From the NCBI GenBank assembly GCA_963662545.2, contig CAXXLL010000002.1, positions 1,600,001 through 1,664,000 of the forward strand: 64,000 bases of DNA, in the 5' to 3' direction. The stretch's first letter is position 1. Every line of letters starts with the position of its first letter. The notes below the pieces were generated by a model. That model was not told where the DNA came from. It made no database searches and worked only from the letters and a program-made list of their open reading frames with translations. The stretch is from Gammaproteobacteria bacterium (GTDB lineage Bacteria > Pseudomonadota > Gammaproteobacteria > Ga0077536). Made by a program: the position numbers and the translations under genes. Shown piece by piece: positions 22,617 to 33,122 of the stretch.

Positions 22617-24301
22617 CAGAGTGTGTGAAAACTCGGAATGAAGAGGAATCACGTCGAGAACTCCTCGTCAGACGCAACGCGGCGCGGTTACGACGGCCGC
22701 GCTCGCGGTCCAATGCGATCGGTTAGTTAATGGAACATTCCTTAGAACGGCCCCAGAAGCCGGCAGTGAAGCCGTGGATCAGGGAGTTTTCGAGGCCACA
22801 GAGGGTCTCATGCCGTCATCGCTTCGATGAGCGTAGCGACACCCAGTAGATTCATCACGCGTTTCATGTTGTAAGCGAGCACGTGCAGACTCATTTCCGT
22901 ACCAACGTGTTTCAGCGTGCGCATCTGGAAGTGGGTCGAACCCATCCAGGATTTGATCGTGCCAAATGGATGCTCGACCGTCTCTCGGCGGACACGCATA
23001 GGGTCAGGTTCACGATCCAATCGCGCCTGCACCGCTTCAACAACCGCTTCATGTTCCCAACGGCTGACGCGCCGGTATCGACCCGTTGTGCATTTAGATT
23101 TGATCGGGCAGCGGGGACACGCCGAACTCCAGTAGCGCCGGATCTGCTTGCCTTTCTCCACTCGGGTGAACCGGTAAATCAGTCGCTCACCGGCCGGGCA
23201 TTCATACGCATCCTCTTCGGGTTGGTAAATGAAGTCGCGCTTGCCAAACAAGCCCTTCGCCTGGTTACCCGAGGTCTGCGGTTTCGGCAGATAGGTCGTG
23301 ATGCCGGCTTTAGCGCACGCCAAGATCTCTTCGCCACTGAAGTACCCGCGATCCGCAACGACGGTCAACTCCTTCTTATCCAGCGCCTCTTTGGCTTTCT
23401 CCGACATGTTCGACAGTTGCGCCCGGTCATGACCTACGTTCGTCACTTCATGTGCCACAATCAGATGACTCTTCGTGTCGACCGCCGTCTGCACGTTGTA
23501 CCCCACCATGCCGCTGCCACGGCCGCTCGTCGCCATCGAGCGCGCGTCCGGGTCCGTCAGTGAGACCTGATGGTCCGGCGTCTCCTCGAGCCGTACCTCG
23601 AGCTTTTTTAGGCGGCCTATCTCTTCCTTCAGTACCTCGATCTTGTCCTTCAAACGCTGCGACTTGTCACCTGACACCGCACGCTCCTGGCGGTCGGCAC
23701 TTGCAATTTCCGCCAGGTACCGCTCAACGCTCTCGTCAATCTGCTGCAACCGACGTTTCAGCTTCGCCTTCGTGAAGTTCCGGTCACGGTTGTTTACCGC
23801 TTTGAACTTGCTGCCATCTATCGCCACGAAGGCTTCCGAAAACAGCTGCAGCTTACGGCACAGCATCACGAACTCCCGGCATACCAGACGAATGGCGTCA
23901 CCGTTATCTTTGCGGAAATCGGCAATGGTCTTGAAATCAGGCGCCAGACGACCCGTCAGCCACATCAGTTCCACGTTCCGCTGCGCCTCCCGTTCCAGGC
24001 GACGGCTCGATTGAACCCGGTTCAGGTAACCGTAGATATAGAGCTTCAGCATCGTCGCCGGGTGATACCCCGGTCGACCCGTCTCATGCGCATCGGTTCT
24101 GAAACTCAGACCTGACAGATCCAACTCATCGACGAACACATCGATGACCCGCACCGCACTCTCCTCAGCGACATAATCGTCCAGACACTCGGGAAACAGC
24201 GTTGTTTGGCGGCGGTCCGCGCCTTCAATGAACCCGCTCATCAACGACTCCCCAGGACCGAAAGAGTGATCTTATCTGATGCAGAGTTTTCACACACTCT
24301 G
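22617..24301 (-). mobile_element. IS1182-family insertion sequence
   Basis: Perfect 18-bp IR CAGAGTGTGTGAAAACTC; 4-bp DR GGTC. Confidence 0.95.
22808..24244 (-). CDS. IS1182 transposase
   Basis: GRPGYHP..MLKLYIYGY, PDFKTIADFR, TDPDAR, ADRGY, VEHPFGTIK. Confidence 0.95.
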   Translation of the reverse strand: MMSGFIEGADRRQTTLFPECLDDYVAEESAVRVIDVFVDELDLSGLSFRTDAHETGRPGYHPATMLKLYIYGYLNRVQSSRRLEREAQRNVELMWLTGRLAPDFKTIADFRKDNGDAIRLVCREFVMLCRKLQLFSEAFVAIDGSKFKAVNNRDRNFTKAKLKRRLQQIDESVERYLAEIASADRQERAVSGDKSQRLKDKIEVLKEEIGRLKKLEVRLEETPDHQVSLTDPDARSMATSGRGSGMVGYNVQTAVDTKSHLIVAHEVTNVGHDRAQLSNMSEKAKEALDKKELTVVADRGYFSGEEILACAKAGITTYLPKPQTSGNQAKGLFGKRDFIYQPEEDAYECPAGERLIYRFTRVEKGKQIRRYWSSACPRCPIKSKCTTGRYRRVSRWEHEAVVEAVQARLDREPDPMRVRRETVEHPFGTIKSWMGSTHFQMRTLKHVGTEMSLHVLAYNMKRVMNLLGVATLIEAMTA

Positions 24302-24577
24302 GGTCGTGAGCTGCCTCCTCGCGGCAGTGCAGCACTGCTCTAAATTACGTCTGCAATGCGCTCGTAAGCGGTCGTCAAACAACGTTCGGCTGCGTGACCA
24401 TAGTGCAGGGCTGCAGTCGGCCACAAGCGGTCCTCAAACTCCCGCGGCATAGCACTCCGGTTACCACGAATTGACTTGGTAGAAGTGCAAAGTGGTAGGC
24501 TGGCTTCCCGCGCGGTATGGTTGCCCTGAAGCGCGCTTCCGGCTGTTATCTGCTCAGCGAGAAAGGGCTCATCCACT

Positions 24578-26278
24578 GTGAAGTTTTCGGAAATCATCGA
24601 CCAAGCCAGCGACTTACTCCAGCGTAAGCGGCGGTTGTCGTATCGTGCCTTAAAGCGGGAGTTCGGTCTTGACAATGAAGCGCTCGAAGACCTGAAAGAA
24701 GAACTGATTGAAGCCCGCGGCGCGGCGGTCGATGAGAACGGGCGAATCTTGGTCTGGACGGGCACAGAGGTTCGTTCACCGGAGTCCCCGGCCGCCGCTA
24801 CTGCCACTCAGCCCAGCGCGCGGGCGACACCCGTGCCGGCCGACCCACCGCTGCCCGCAGGTGAACGTCGGCAACTCACGGTGATGTTCTGTGACATGGT
24901 TGGCTCGACCACGCTGTCCGAACAACTCGATCCCGAAGACCTGCATACCATCGTGCGCACCTACCAGGCGGCGTGTCGGGAGTTCATTGAGCACTACGAG
25001 GGGTATATCGCCCAATACCTGGGCGACGGCATTTTGGTCTACTTTGGCTACCCGGCGGCGCATGAAGACGATGCTGTCCGCGGGGTTCAAGCGGGCTTGG
25101 ATATCTTGGACCAACTCCAACGCTTGAACCCCGCCCAACCAATCCAAATTCGGATTGGCATCCATACCGGCCCGGTGGTCATCGGCGCGGTCGGGGACGG
25201 CGAGCAAACCGAGCAACTGGCCTTGGGAGAAACACCGAATCTTGCCGCACGCGTGCAAGGGAAAGCCGCAGCCAACACGCTCGTCATTAGCCGGGATACT
25301 TACCGCTTGGTCCAAGGACTCTTTGCGTGTGAAGACCTCGGCTCGCAGGAGTTGAAGGGTTTCTCTGCCCCACTCACGCTCTATCAAGTCACCGGGAAAG
25401 GAGAGGCGCAGAGCCGGTTTGACGTCTCCGTGCAGCAGGGCCTCACGCCCTTCATTGGTCGAGAAGAAGAACTCGAGCTGCTCTTGCGGCGGTGGGAACG
25501 CGCCAAAGAGGGTGACGGCCAAGTAGTGATGCTCAGTGGTGAGGCCGGTATTGGAAAATCCCGTCTCGTCCAGGTGCTGAGAGAAAAAATTACTCACGAA
25601 GACCAATTCGGGACATTCTTTCTCTGTTCGCCCTTTTATCAGAATAGTACGTTGTATCCGGTGATCGGCCAGCTACAGCGCGTCTTGCAATTCACCGAGG
25701 ACGACTCCCCGACCGCCAAATTCACCAAACTCATTCAAGCGCTTGAACCGGTGGCGATGACAGACCCCGAGACTCTTGCGCTCTTTGCGGCCTTACTCTC
25801 AATCCCGCTCCCCGACGACCACCCGCCCTTAGAACTCAGTCCCCAGAAGCAAAAAGAAAAGACCCTGCGAGCGCTAGTGACCTGGCTGCATAAGATAGCT
25901 GCTCAGCAACCCGTCCGGGTGACGGTTGAAGATCTACACTGGGTCGATCCGTCGACCTTAGAATTCCTTGGTCTCCTCATCGAGGAGGCGCCCGATGCTC
26001 GGATGCTGGTCCTGCTTACCTTCCGCCCGGAGTTCACACCGCCGTGGCCGTCGCAGGCGCATGTCCTCGCGATGCACTTGAGCCGGCTGTCTCCGCGCCG
26101 TATCGCCGAGGTGGTGGAACGGGTCGCAGGCAAGCCGCTGCCACACGACATTGTTCAGCAACTCATTACCAAGTCGGATGGCGTGCCGCTGTACATCGAG
26201 GAGATGACCAAGAATCTGCTGGAGTCGGGGCTGCTGACCGAGACGGACAGGCAGTATGAGTTAACCGGCCGGTACTGA
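24578..26278 (+). pseudogene. Class III adenylate/guanylate cyclase plus AAA ATPase, 3'-truncated by IS6
   Basis: ERRQLTVMFCD, YLGDG, GEAGIGKS, EDLHW, GVPLYIEE; the frame ends 8 nt inside the IS6 IR. Confidence 0.85.
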
Positions 26279-27059
26279 CAAGTTAAACGACTTTAAGTGA
26301 CAATTCCTGGATGAATCAATCATCCAGCCTCTACAAACGTCACAGATATCCACCTGCGATCATTCAATATGCTGTCTGGCTCTACCATCGATTCAATCTC
26401 AGCCACCGCGATATCGAAGATCTTCTGGCTGAACGTGGTATTGAAGTCAGTTATGAATCTGTTCGGTTGTGGTGCAACAAGTTTGGGCCGAAATACGCCA
26501 GGCGTCTGAAGCGTCGACACCAAGGATTCGGGGATACGTTCTTTATCGATGAAGTCTTCGTCAAGATCCGCGGCATCCAGCACTATTTGTGGCGCGCCGT
26601 CGATCAGGATGGAGAAATAGTCGATGTTTTCCTGCAGCGACGGCGTGACGGAGCGGCCGCTAAGCGCTTCTTCAAACGCGTATTGAAAAACCACCGATCT
26701 GAACCGAGAAAGATAGTGACGGATAAATTGAGAAGCTACGGTGTGGCCCACCGGGGCATGATCCCCAATACAACCCACGACACAGCGCAATACGCTAACA
26801 ATCGCGCCGAGCTTTCCCATCAGCCAACCCGTGTAAGAGAACGGGGCATGCGGCGCTTCAAATCGATGAAACAAGCCCAGCGCTTTTTGACAGTTCACGC
26901 GGCCGTCTACAATTTATTCAACCTTGGTCGTCACCTTGTTTCAGCGAAGACTTATCGGTTTTTTCGAATGCGTGCCTTTGCGCTTTGGGAGCAAGTTGCT
27001 GCGTAAAAGACAGATTCTGGTCAAGTACGTCCAGACAGAGAACTTAACTTGTCAGTACC
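26271..27059 (+). mobile_element. IS6-family insertion sequence
   Basis: IR GGTACTGACAAGTTAA / TTAACTTGTCAGTACC; no DR. Confidence 0.93.
26311..27006 (+). CDS. IS6 transposase
   Basis: HRYP..II..AVWLY, IDEVFVKI.G..YLWRAVD, TDK, NN.AE.SH. Confidence 0.95.
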   Translation: MNQSSSLYKRHRYPPAIIQYAVWLYHRFNLSHRDIEDLLAERGIEVSYESVRLWCNKFGPKYARRLKRRHQGFGDTFFIDEVFVKIRGIQHYLWRAVDQDGEIVDVFLQRRRDGAAAKRFFKRVLKNHRSEPRKIVTDKLRSYGVAHRGMIPNTTHDTAQYANNRAELSHQPTRVRERGMRRFKSMKQAQRFLTVHAAVYNLFNLGRHLVSAKTYRFFRMRAFALWEQVAA

Positions 27060-27131
27060 CTCGTAAGCGGTCGTCGAAGCGCCGTAGGCGCCATGCAGAA
27101 CCCCGACTTCAGCAGTCGGCCAACACCGGAC
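27060..27131 (+). repeat. Tripartite site copy S5 (half of B plus C; left part missing at the IS6 end)
   Basis: CTCGTAAGCGGTC, 35 nt, TTCAGCA-GTCGGCCAAC-ACCGGAC. Confidence 0.75.
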
Positions 27132-27170
27132 GCCGCTGCTATGATTCCCGCAAGTGGCGGCGCGGCGACG

Positions 27171-28691
27171 TTAAACCATACTCAGGTAGTCATAAAACAG
27201 GTCCGCCGGATCGTAAGTGGCGCGCAATGCGCGCAAGCGCGCCCACGTCTCTGGCGTGTAGCATTGCTGGGCGACATCGGCCTCCTTGGTGAGATCCGTT
27301 TCGCCGACATAGCGGCCTATTTTGTGCGGGTCGAGTAATGCTGTCGCGCCGGCATGCCAGGCACGATTCGTGTCATCGTCAGCCGCATCCGTCCATAGCG
27401 TGTTGTTGTACACGAGATAGCGCCCAAGCCACGAGTATGACGTTGCATTCAATTCGAAAGCCGGGTGGAAACAAACCGCTAGAATGTGGGACATCGGCGA
27501 CGGCGCGCTGGCGTAATGCGCGGGGCTGCCGGTGAGCATTGTCCGGAGCGGTACGTTCGACCAGACGTTGTCCACCACGCAGCGGTGACCGCCCGGCAGC
27601 GTCGCGCCGAGTGTGCCTAAAAACGTGTCGAGATCGGTTGGGACATTCACCGAGGATGACACGGCCCGGCTCACGCGCGGATCGGAATTCAGGGGCTTGA
27701 GTGCCGTCTCCGCGTCGGCCACGGAATCGGAATAGGCGATCGCCATTACAACCCCGACGGTTTCGTTGTCGGCGGCCAGTTCGGGCGGCGGCGCGCCAAT
27801 GGACAGGATCAACAACACATCCCGCGACATCGTGGCCGAGAGGCCGTCCACCAATTCACTCGCCGTACCGATCGCGGATCCGGGAAACACATAGGTGCTC
27901 ATGGTGATCGCGCGTGGGAGAGGGTGAAGCTTCAAGTGATAGCGGGTCGCCACGGCGAAAAATCCTGGACCTGCGCCGCGCGCGGCCCAGAACAAATCCG
28001 CGTGTTCTCCGCTACTCACAGTTAGTTCGCGACCATCGGCGAGCACGAGATCGATGGCGAGGACATTGCTGCACGCGGTGCCCCAACGATTGAAGTTCAG
28101 GCCGTTGCCGCCGTTGAGCAGAAATCCGCTCATGGGGACGGTCGGACAATGGGCGACCGGAAACGCGAGACCGTGCTCGGCCGCCTGCTGGATCAGTTCG
28201 GCGCCCTGAATCGCCGGCCCGATGGTCGCGGTCGCCTGCGCCGCGTCGATTGTGAGCGACCGCATGTGTGACAGGTCGAGAAGAACGCCGCCTTGGCGCA
28301 GTGACGACGCACACCAACTGTGCCCACCTCCTCGCACCGCGACCTGGCGACCCTGCTCGCGGGCCAAGCGCAGTGTGGCGACCACATCGGCTTGTGATTT
28401 AGCCATCACGATGACTTCAGGGCGCCGCTCCGGGAGCATGCGATTCCAGCTGATGCCACGCATGGGCTCGAAACGTTTGTTGTCGGGCAACAGCAGATCG
28501 CCTTCGAGGGTGTCCGCGAGGGCGTGTAAGGCCTTCGCGGTGCGTTCAGCGTCGAAGGCGGCCGGCTGCGCGGCCCAGCTCGACGCGGTGGTTGCGATCA
28601 GGGCAGCCGTCGCCACGCAATACTCCAGGAACTCGCGGCGCGGTATTGATACAGACTCTTGCCCCTTGTGCATGTCGATCCCCTTGTGCAT
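27171..28691 (-). CDS. Tat-exported FAD-binding oxidoreductase (BBE/VAO-like)
   Basis: PRREFL Tat motif, RGGGHS, DLFWA.RG.G, YDP..LF. Confidence 0.9.
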   Translation of the reverse strand: MHKGIDMHKGQESVSIPRREFLEYCVATAALIATTASSWAAQPAAFDAERTAKALHALADTLEGDLLLPDNKRFEPMRGISWNRMLPERRPEVIVMAKSQADVVATLRLAREQGRQVAVRGGGHSWCASSLRQGGVLLDLSHMRSLTIDAAQATATIGPAIQGAELIQQAAEHGLAFPVAHCPTVPMSGFLLNGGNGLNFNRWGTACSNVLAIDLVLADGRELTVSSGEHADLFWAARGAGPGFFAVATRYHLKLHPLPRAITMSTYVFPGSAIGTASELVDGLSATMSRDVLLILSIGAPPPELAADNETVGVVMAIAYSDSVADAETALKPLNSDPRVSRAVSSSVNVPTDLDTFLGTLGATLPGGHRCVVDNVWSNVPLRTMLTGSPAHYASAPSPMSHILAVCFHPAFELNATSYSWLGRYLVYNNTLWTDAADDDTNRAWHAGATALLDPHKIGRYVGETDLTKEADVAQQCYTPETWARLRALRATYDPADLFYDYLSMV

Positions 28692-28734
28692 GTCGATCGT
28701 TAGCGGGCGCAGTCTAGTTCAGATGTGCGTCGAT

Positions 28735-28816
28735 GTCCGCTCAGGATCGTCAGCGGCCTGATCGCGGCAGCGCAGCACTGTTCTAGATTACGTCTGCAAT
28801 GCGCTCGTAAGCGGAC
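28735..28816 (+). repeat. Tripartite site copy S6 (A-33-B)
   Basis: GTCCGCT-CAGGATCGTC-AGCGGCC ... GTCTGCAATGCGCTCGTAAGCGGAC. Confidence 0.85.
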
Positions 28817-29009
28817 TCGAGCGGCTTTGAACCCACCTTCTCGGCGGTCGCCGCAGCACCCATTATTAATGCTGTGCGTTCGCTACAGTTTCCTAAAATT
28901 ACCGTTAAATAAAATCGAAGGGCTTACAAAACACATGTCCTTGTTTATATTCATAGCAGGGTATTTCTGCCCGTACATTAACTGATAGACCGACAAGGGG
29001 AGAACCGTC

Positions 29010-29510
29010 GTGAAGCACTTCAGCGCAATGGTTTTGGGCCTTCTGCTAAACGGCGGGCTGTGGGCCGGGGACGACGGAATTCGCACGTTCGACTTACCGC
29101 AAGGGATAACCGTATCGATTCCAGACGGCTGGGTGCTAATTGGCGAAAATCAACTGCGGGCCTACGAGCGAAAACGGGACGCCTTAGTTGGGGACTATGC
29201 GAGCGCGACTGGCGCCCAGGCACATGTGCCTTTCCAAGCGCTGAAACGCACGTCCCAATCGAGCACCGGAGCCATGATGACAGTCATGCCCGGTGAAGCC
29301 ACCCAAGATGAGATCGCACAGTGGGCAGAAGAGGACGGCAGGATCGAGGAGCTTGGTCGATTGCTTGGACAGGCACAGAATCAGGGTCTAGCGGCCGCCG
29401 GTGCGACCGATATTCAAATTGGTCCTGCTGAACTTCTCGACCTGATAATTCAACAACGTTACTCTCTCTCATGGTGGCGTATCCTCTTTGGTTGGCTTGC
29501 TGCTTGGTAA
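29010..29510 (+). CDS. Hypothetical secreted protein, possibly 3'-truncated
   Basis: GGGGAG RBS and signal peptide; composition shifts to AT-rich near the end. Confidence 0.5.
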   Translation: MKHFSAMVLGLLLNGGLWAGDDGIRTFDLPQGITVSIPDGWVLIGENQLRAYERKRDALVGDYASATGAQAHVPFQALKRTSQSSTGAMMTVMPGEATQDEIAQWAEEDGRIEELGRLLGQAQNQGLAAAGATDIQIGPAELLDLIIQQRYSLSWWRILFGWLAAW

Positions 29511-29690
29511 CAACATTTCAACCAGATACGCCGCCTTTATTCAATTCACTCAAACACCAGATTCAGTTATAACTCTAGCAGAATGACTGAGCGGCCTAAC
29601 ACCTATGAGGCCCTCGCACATCAAGGGCAATAAGCGCCCGTCGTATAAGATTCGATAGAAATGGTTTTCGAATAGCGCGAGATCTAATCG

Positions 29691-30020
29691 TTGGTCAACT
29701 GCCGCAAATGTGGAAAGAGGTTACCGTTCCGTAGTTTTCTGTTTCCCCCAGGTCTTTCTGTTGCGGATGTGAAATGCCCTTCCTGCCATCTCGTGATGCG
29801 TGCCGGTCGGCGGAGTAAACAAACGATCTGGTTAGGACTACTCATAGGCGGCATCCTCGGTGCGGTTGGTGCACATTGGGCCTACCAGGTTCAGGGCTGG
29901 AGTCGCGGTTCAAGTGCCGGGGTTATATTGGCCGTTGCGATCATGGTTGGCGCGGCGTTGACATGCTATGCGTGGATCAAAAACGACTACGAGGCGAATA
30001 CGGACTCGGCCCGCGAGTAG
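29691..30020 (+). CDS. Small membrane protein with two CxxC motifs
   Basis: CRKC...CPSC followed by two hydrophobic helices. Confidence 0.55.
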   Translation: MVNCRKCGKRLPFRSFLFPPGLSVADVKCPSCHLVMRAGRRSKQTIWLGLLIGGILGAVGAHWAYQVQGWSRGSSAGVILAVAIMVGAALTCYAWIKNDYEANTDSARE

Positions 30021-30090
30021 AGATTTAATCCCTCCAAAAACCATTACAACTTCCCGCCTCAAATTCCGTATACCGACAGCGTTGTTGCAA

Positions 30091-30116
30091 TAAAAAACCG
30101 CCCGAAGGCGGCCTTT
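30091..30116 (-). terminator. Rho-independent terminator
   Basis: CCGCC-TTCG-GGCGG followed by TTTTTT on the minus strand. Confidence 0.7.
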
Positions 30117-30137
30117 CATGAAGCGATAGGGTTGCTG

Positions 30138-30215
30138 TTAAGCTGCTTTACGCCTTTGGAAACCCAATCCCGCTACAGCTAATCCCATTGAAGCAAGCGT
30201 GGTGGGTTCGGGCAC
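30138..30215 (-). pseudogene. Orphan PEP-CTERM tail
   Basis: VPEPTTLASMGLAVAGLGFQRRKAA*; in-frame stop shortly upstream. Confidence 0.7.
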
Positions 30216-30288
30216 ATGTAGAATTAAAGGGTCGGTGACAACGGAGAATCATTTGCTTTCTCATTTGTCAGCGGCCCCTTTTTCTGAT

Positions 30289-31137
30289 CTACAATCGGAG
30301 GCGAAAAAAGTGGTTCTGCAGTCGGGGCCAGTTAAGCCCGATTGCAGAAACCAACCACGGCACCAGCCGAAAGGTGAGCGGAGCTGCGCACCGCAACGCC
30401 CACCAGGTCAGGGCGCCGAGGGCAGGAGACTCCGCGGGCAAGAACGGCAGTGTGCGGCGGCGAAGTTCGACGAGCTCGACCGCGACTTCCATGGCCGTAT
30501 AGGCGCGGTTCCGACGCACGTCTGGGGAGAAGAAGCCGGCAGCCTGGAACAACTTCCGGTAGAGAGGCACACTGCGATAGACCGCCTGGTACTCGCCTTG
30601 GGAGGCGGTGCTCCCCCTTGGGATCGTGCTCTCCCGTAGGATCACGGAGCCCCCGGTCTCAAGCTTTGCTCCCAGTGTGCGAAGTAGCGCGATCACGTCG
30701 GCATCGTTCAGATACATGCAGAGCCCTCCCAGAAAGATCAGGTCGAAAGGCCCCTCGGGGAGCCGCGCTCGCGCGTCTCCTTGCTGAATTTCGACGTGGG
30801 CCTGCCCCGCCAGCCGAGCCCTGGCGCAGCGCACCATGGATGCGCTCCGCTCAACGCCGATCGCCGTTCCGCACCGTCTCGCGAAGATCTCGGTCCAGGT
30901 ACCGGCGCCGCAGCCGAGATCGAGTACCTTTCCGTCCGCCGGCATCTCGGCCAACCAATCCGTGATGGTGGCTACCTCGCCGCGGAGTCGGTAGCGAACC
31001 GAGTCGGGCGGCAGGTTTTGCGCGTGCGCCATGTAACTGGCCGAAACCGCGGCGTCGGTGGTTATCCCCTCGAAATATTGCTGAACGGCGTCGTCGTCGA
31101 TCTGCTGGCCAGCGATGTCTGGACCGGTGTCGTTCAT
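30289..31137 (-). CDS. Class I SAM-dependent methyltransferase
   Basis: VLDLGCGAG, FDLIF.GG..MYL. Confidence 0.88.
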   Translation of the reverse strand: MNDTGPDIAGQQIDDDAVQQYFEGITTDAAVSASYMAHAQNLPPDSVRYRLRGEVATITDWLAEMPADGKVLDLGCGAGTWTEIFARRCGTAIGVERSASMVRCARARLAGQAHVEIQQGDARARLPEGPFDLIFLGGLCMYLNDADVIALLRTLGAKLETGGSVILRESTIPRGSTASQGEYQAVYRSVPLYRKLFQAAGFFSPDVRRNRAYTAMEVAVELVELRRRTLPFLPAESPALGALTWWALRCAAPLTFRLVPWLVSAIGLNWPRLQNHFFRLRL

Positions 31138-31307
31138 GGCCTCGATGATACTCGCAGTGACCTTTCCCCAAAAAAAAGAATGTAGGAGAGTACCGGAATA
31201 TATGATCAGTGTTGGAATGAAAACGCCACCTAACAAGCGTTCGAGCGGACGTGACCGCGGATTCTTCTCAGCGGCCTAATCGCGGCAGCGCAGCACTAGT
31301 AACGATT

Positions 31308-32727
31308 CATAGGTCGGATCTTATAACCCGTTGAAAAGAGGGAACCAAAAGCGCTCCACCCGATCAGATCATGAAATCAACATCAATCAACATCATGATC
31401 TGGGAGTATCGGATGGAGCACAAACAAATTAGCACGGTGAGTCGTCAGTTAAAACGCACGCTAGGCGAGCGCACGCTCAACGATTTGGGGCGTGCAACGC
31501 GGTTCTGTCGGCGTGAACGGGAGATTACGCCGTTCCGTTTAGCGGTGAGCCTGATCGAAAGCTTCGGCGGGCACTCGGCGGGTTGCATTGCCGATATTCA
31601 ACGGGCTTTCAATGCCCTGTGCTCGACCACGGTGCGCTACAAACCGTTTCATAATCAGCTCGCTAAAAAGCAGTTTCCGATGTTTATGCAAGCGCTGCTG
31701 AGCGAATTGCTCAATGGCCTGGCCTGCGATGTCCTCCGATTCGAACCCAACAGCCCATTTGCGCAGTTTGACCACATCCGCATCCAGGACGGCACCTCGT
31801 TTGCGTTAAAACCGGCGCTGAAGGACAGCTTTCCCGGTCGCTTCACGACCGTGAGTCCCGCCGCGGTGGAACTCCATGCCGATCTCGACCTGCTCAGTGA
31901 GACCCTGAACGAGGTCGTACTCAGCCCTGACAGCTCAGCAGAGCGGCAGTTCTTGCCGGCGGTTGAAGAGGTCGCTGGCGGTTTGTTGCTGGCCGACCGT
32001 GGCTACTTCGCACGGCCTTACTTTGAAGCGCTCGACACCGCCGGCGGCCATTTCATCGTGCGCGCGGGTCAGGGCATCAATCCGCTGATCCTGTGCGCTC
32101 GTCAGACCCATGGGCGGCGGGTTAAACGCTTTGAGAATCAACGCTTGAAAGCGGTGGCATCGACGTTAAAGCGTTTCGACTGCCTCGACATGGTCGTGCA
32201 ATTCGACGGCGTGCAGGAACCTTGGACCTGTCGTTTAGTCGTGCACCCCAACCTCAAAGGCACAGCGCCTCGTTATCTCATCACCAATCTCGACGCCGCC
32301 ACCTTTACCCCCGAGCATGTCAGCGACGCGTATCGCTTGCGCTGGCAGGTAGAACTGCTCTTCAAAGAGTGGAAGTCTTACGCCAATCTACACGCCTTTG
32401 ATACCGCCAACCCGCACATCGCCGAAGGGCTTATCTGGGCCGCACTATGCGCCGCAACGCTGCAGCGCTATTGCGCTCATGTCACCGAGCGCTGGTTGAA
32501 CGTCGCCATCTCGACTCATACCGCGGCCAAGTGCATTCATCACGTGCTCGGTCCCATTCTCCATACGCTTATCCATCGGCCCCGCGCTTTACACCGACCG
32601 CTCGAACGCGCGTTGCGCTATTTGGCCAGCAACGCTCAGCGCGCAAAACCTGGCCGCGATTGCATTTCGGGACGACTCAAACTCGGCCTCCACCATGTTC
32701 ATGCGGCCGCTTAAGAACTAACCTATG
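31308..32727 (+). mobile_element. IS4-family insertion sequence
   Basis: Ends CATAGGTCGGATCTTA / TAAGAACTAACCTATG; 10-bp DR AGTAACGATT. Confidence 0.93.
31413..32714 (+). CDS. IS4 transposase
   Basis: QDGTS, LADRGY, YRLRWQVELLFKEWKS. Confidence 0.93.
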   Translation: MEHKQISTVSRQLKRTLGERTLNDLGRATRFCRREREITPFRLAVSLIESFGGHSAGCIADIQRAFNALCSTTVRYKPFHNQLAKKQFPMFMQALLSELLNGLACDVLRFEPNSPFAQFDHIRIQDGTSFALKPALKDSFPGRFTTVSPAAVELHADLDLLSETLNEVVLSPDSSAERQFLPAVEEVAGGLLLADRGYFARPYFEALDTAGGHFIVRAGQGINPLILCARQTHGRRVKRFENQRLKAVASTLKRFDCLDMVVQFDGVQEPWTCRLVVHPNLKGTAPRYLITNLDAATFTPEHVSDAYRLRWQVELLFKEWKSYANLHAFDTANPHIAEGLIWAALCAATLQRYCAHVTERWLNVAISTHTAAKCIHHVLGPILHTLIHRPRALHRPLERALRYLASNAQRAKPGRDCISGRLKLGLHHVHAAA

Positions 32728-32809
32728 AGTAACGATTAGGTCTGCAATGGGCTCGTAAGCGGTCGTCCGATAGTTCGGGGGCGCGAGCAAGCGTTATGAG
32801 CCGTTCTAA

Positions 32810-33097
32810 GTCCGGCCGCTTGAGTTCGACAACAAGGCCGTCTACCGCACGCTCGGCATCGTCGTATTGTGCGGTTCCAATACGCGCACCGGGCAGGGCG
32901 AACTCGTTTTCGTCAGGGCGATCGGCGGCACCTACAATTTTTACATCGTGCAGAAAATTTGGCGGACGCCGGAGTTCGATATATCTACGGAGTTGCCGGT
33001 GCCCCTCGCCGAACGCCAGACCTGGCTCGAATACCTCACGTCCATTGATGTCTGCGATCTGGGTCTAGGGAACTGTCCGGAATCGGTGAAGGAATAA
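32810..33097 (+). pseudogene. Probable C-terminal fragment of a hypothetical gene
   Basis: Protein-like open frame beginning right after site S7 without a convincing start or RBS. Confidence 0.4.
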
Positions 33098-33122
33098 GCG
33101 GCATTGGGGCTAGCCCGCCCCG

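Larger units (their letters stand above)
22603..24432 (+). repeat. Tripartite site copy S4 (A split by IS1182; B at 24349; C at 24409)
   Basis: GTCTGCT-TAGGGTC|GTG-AGCTGCC, 33 nt, GTCTGCAATGCGCTCGTAAGCGGTC, 35 nt, GGCTGCA-GTCGGCCACA-AGCGGTC. Confidence 0.85.
31253..32764 (+). repeat. Tripartite site copy S7 (A; A-B linker split by IS4; B at 32740)
   Basis: AGCGGCC-TAATCGCGGCAGCGCAGCACTAGTAACGATT|AG-GTCTGCAATGGGCTCGTAAGCGGTC; the linker is 33 nt once the IS is removed. Confidence 0.8.

Noticed and set aside
28662-28697. 18-bp perfect tandem duplication at the FAD oxidase start (MHKGID-MHKG)
   Set aside because: Only two copies; it makes the start codon ambiguous but shows no evidence of function.
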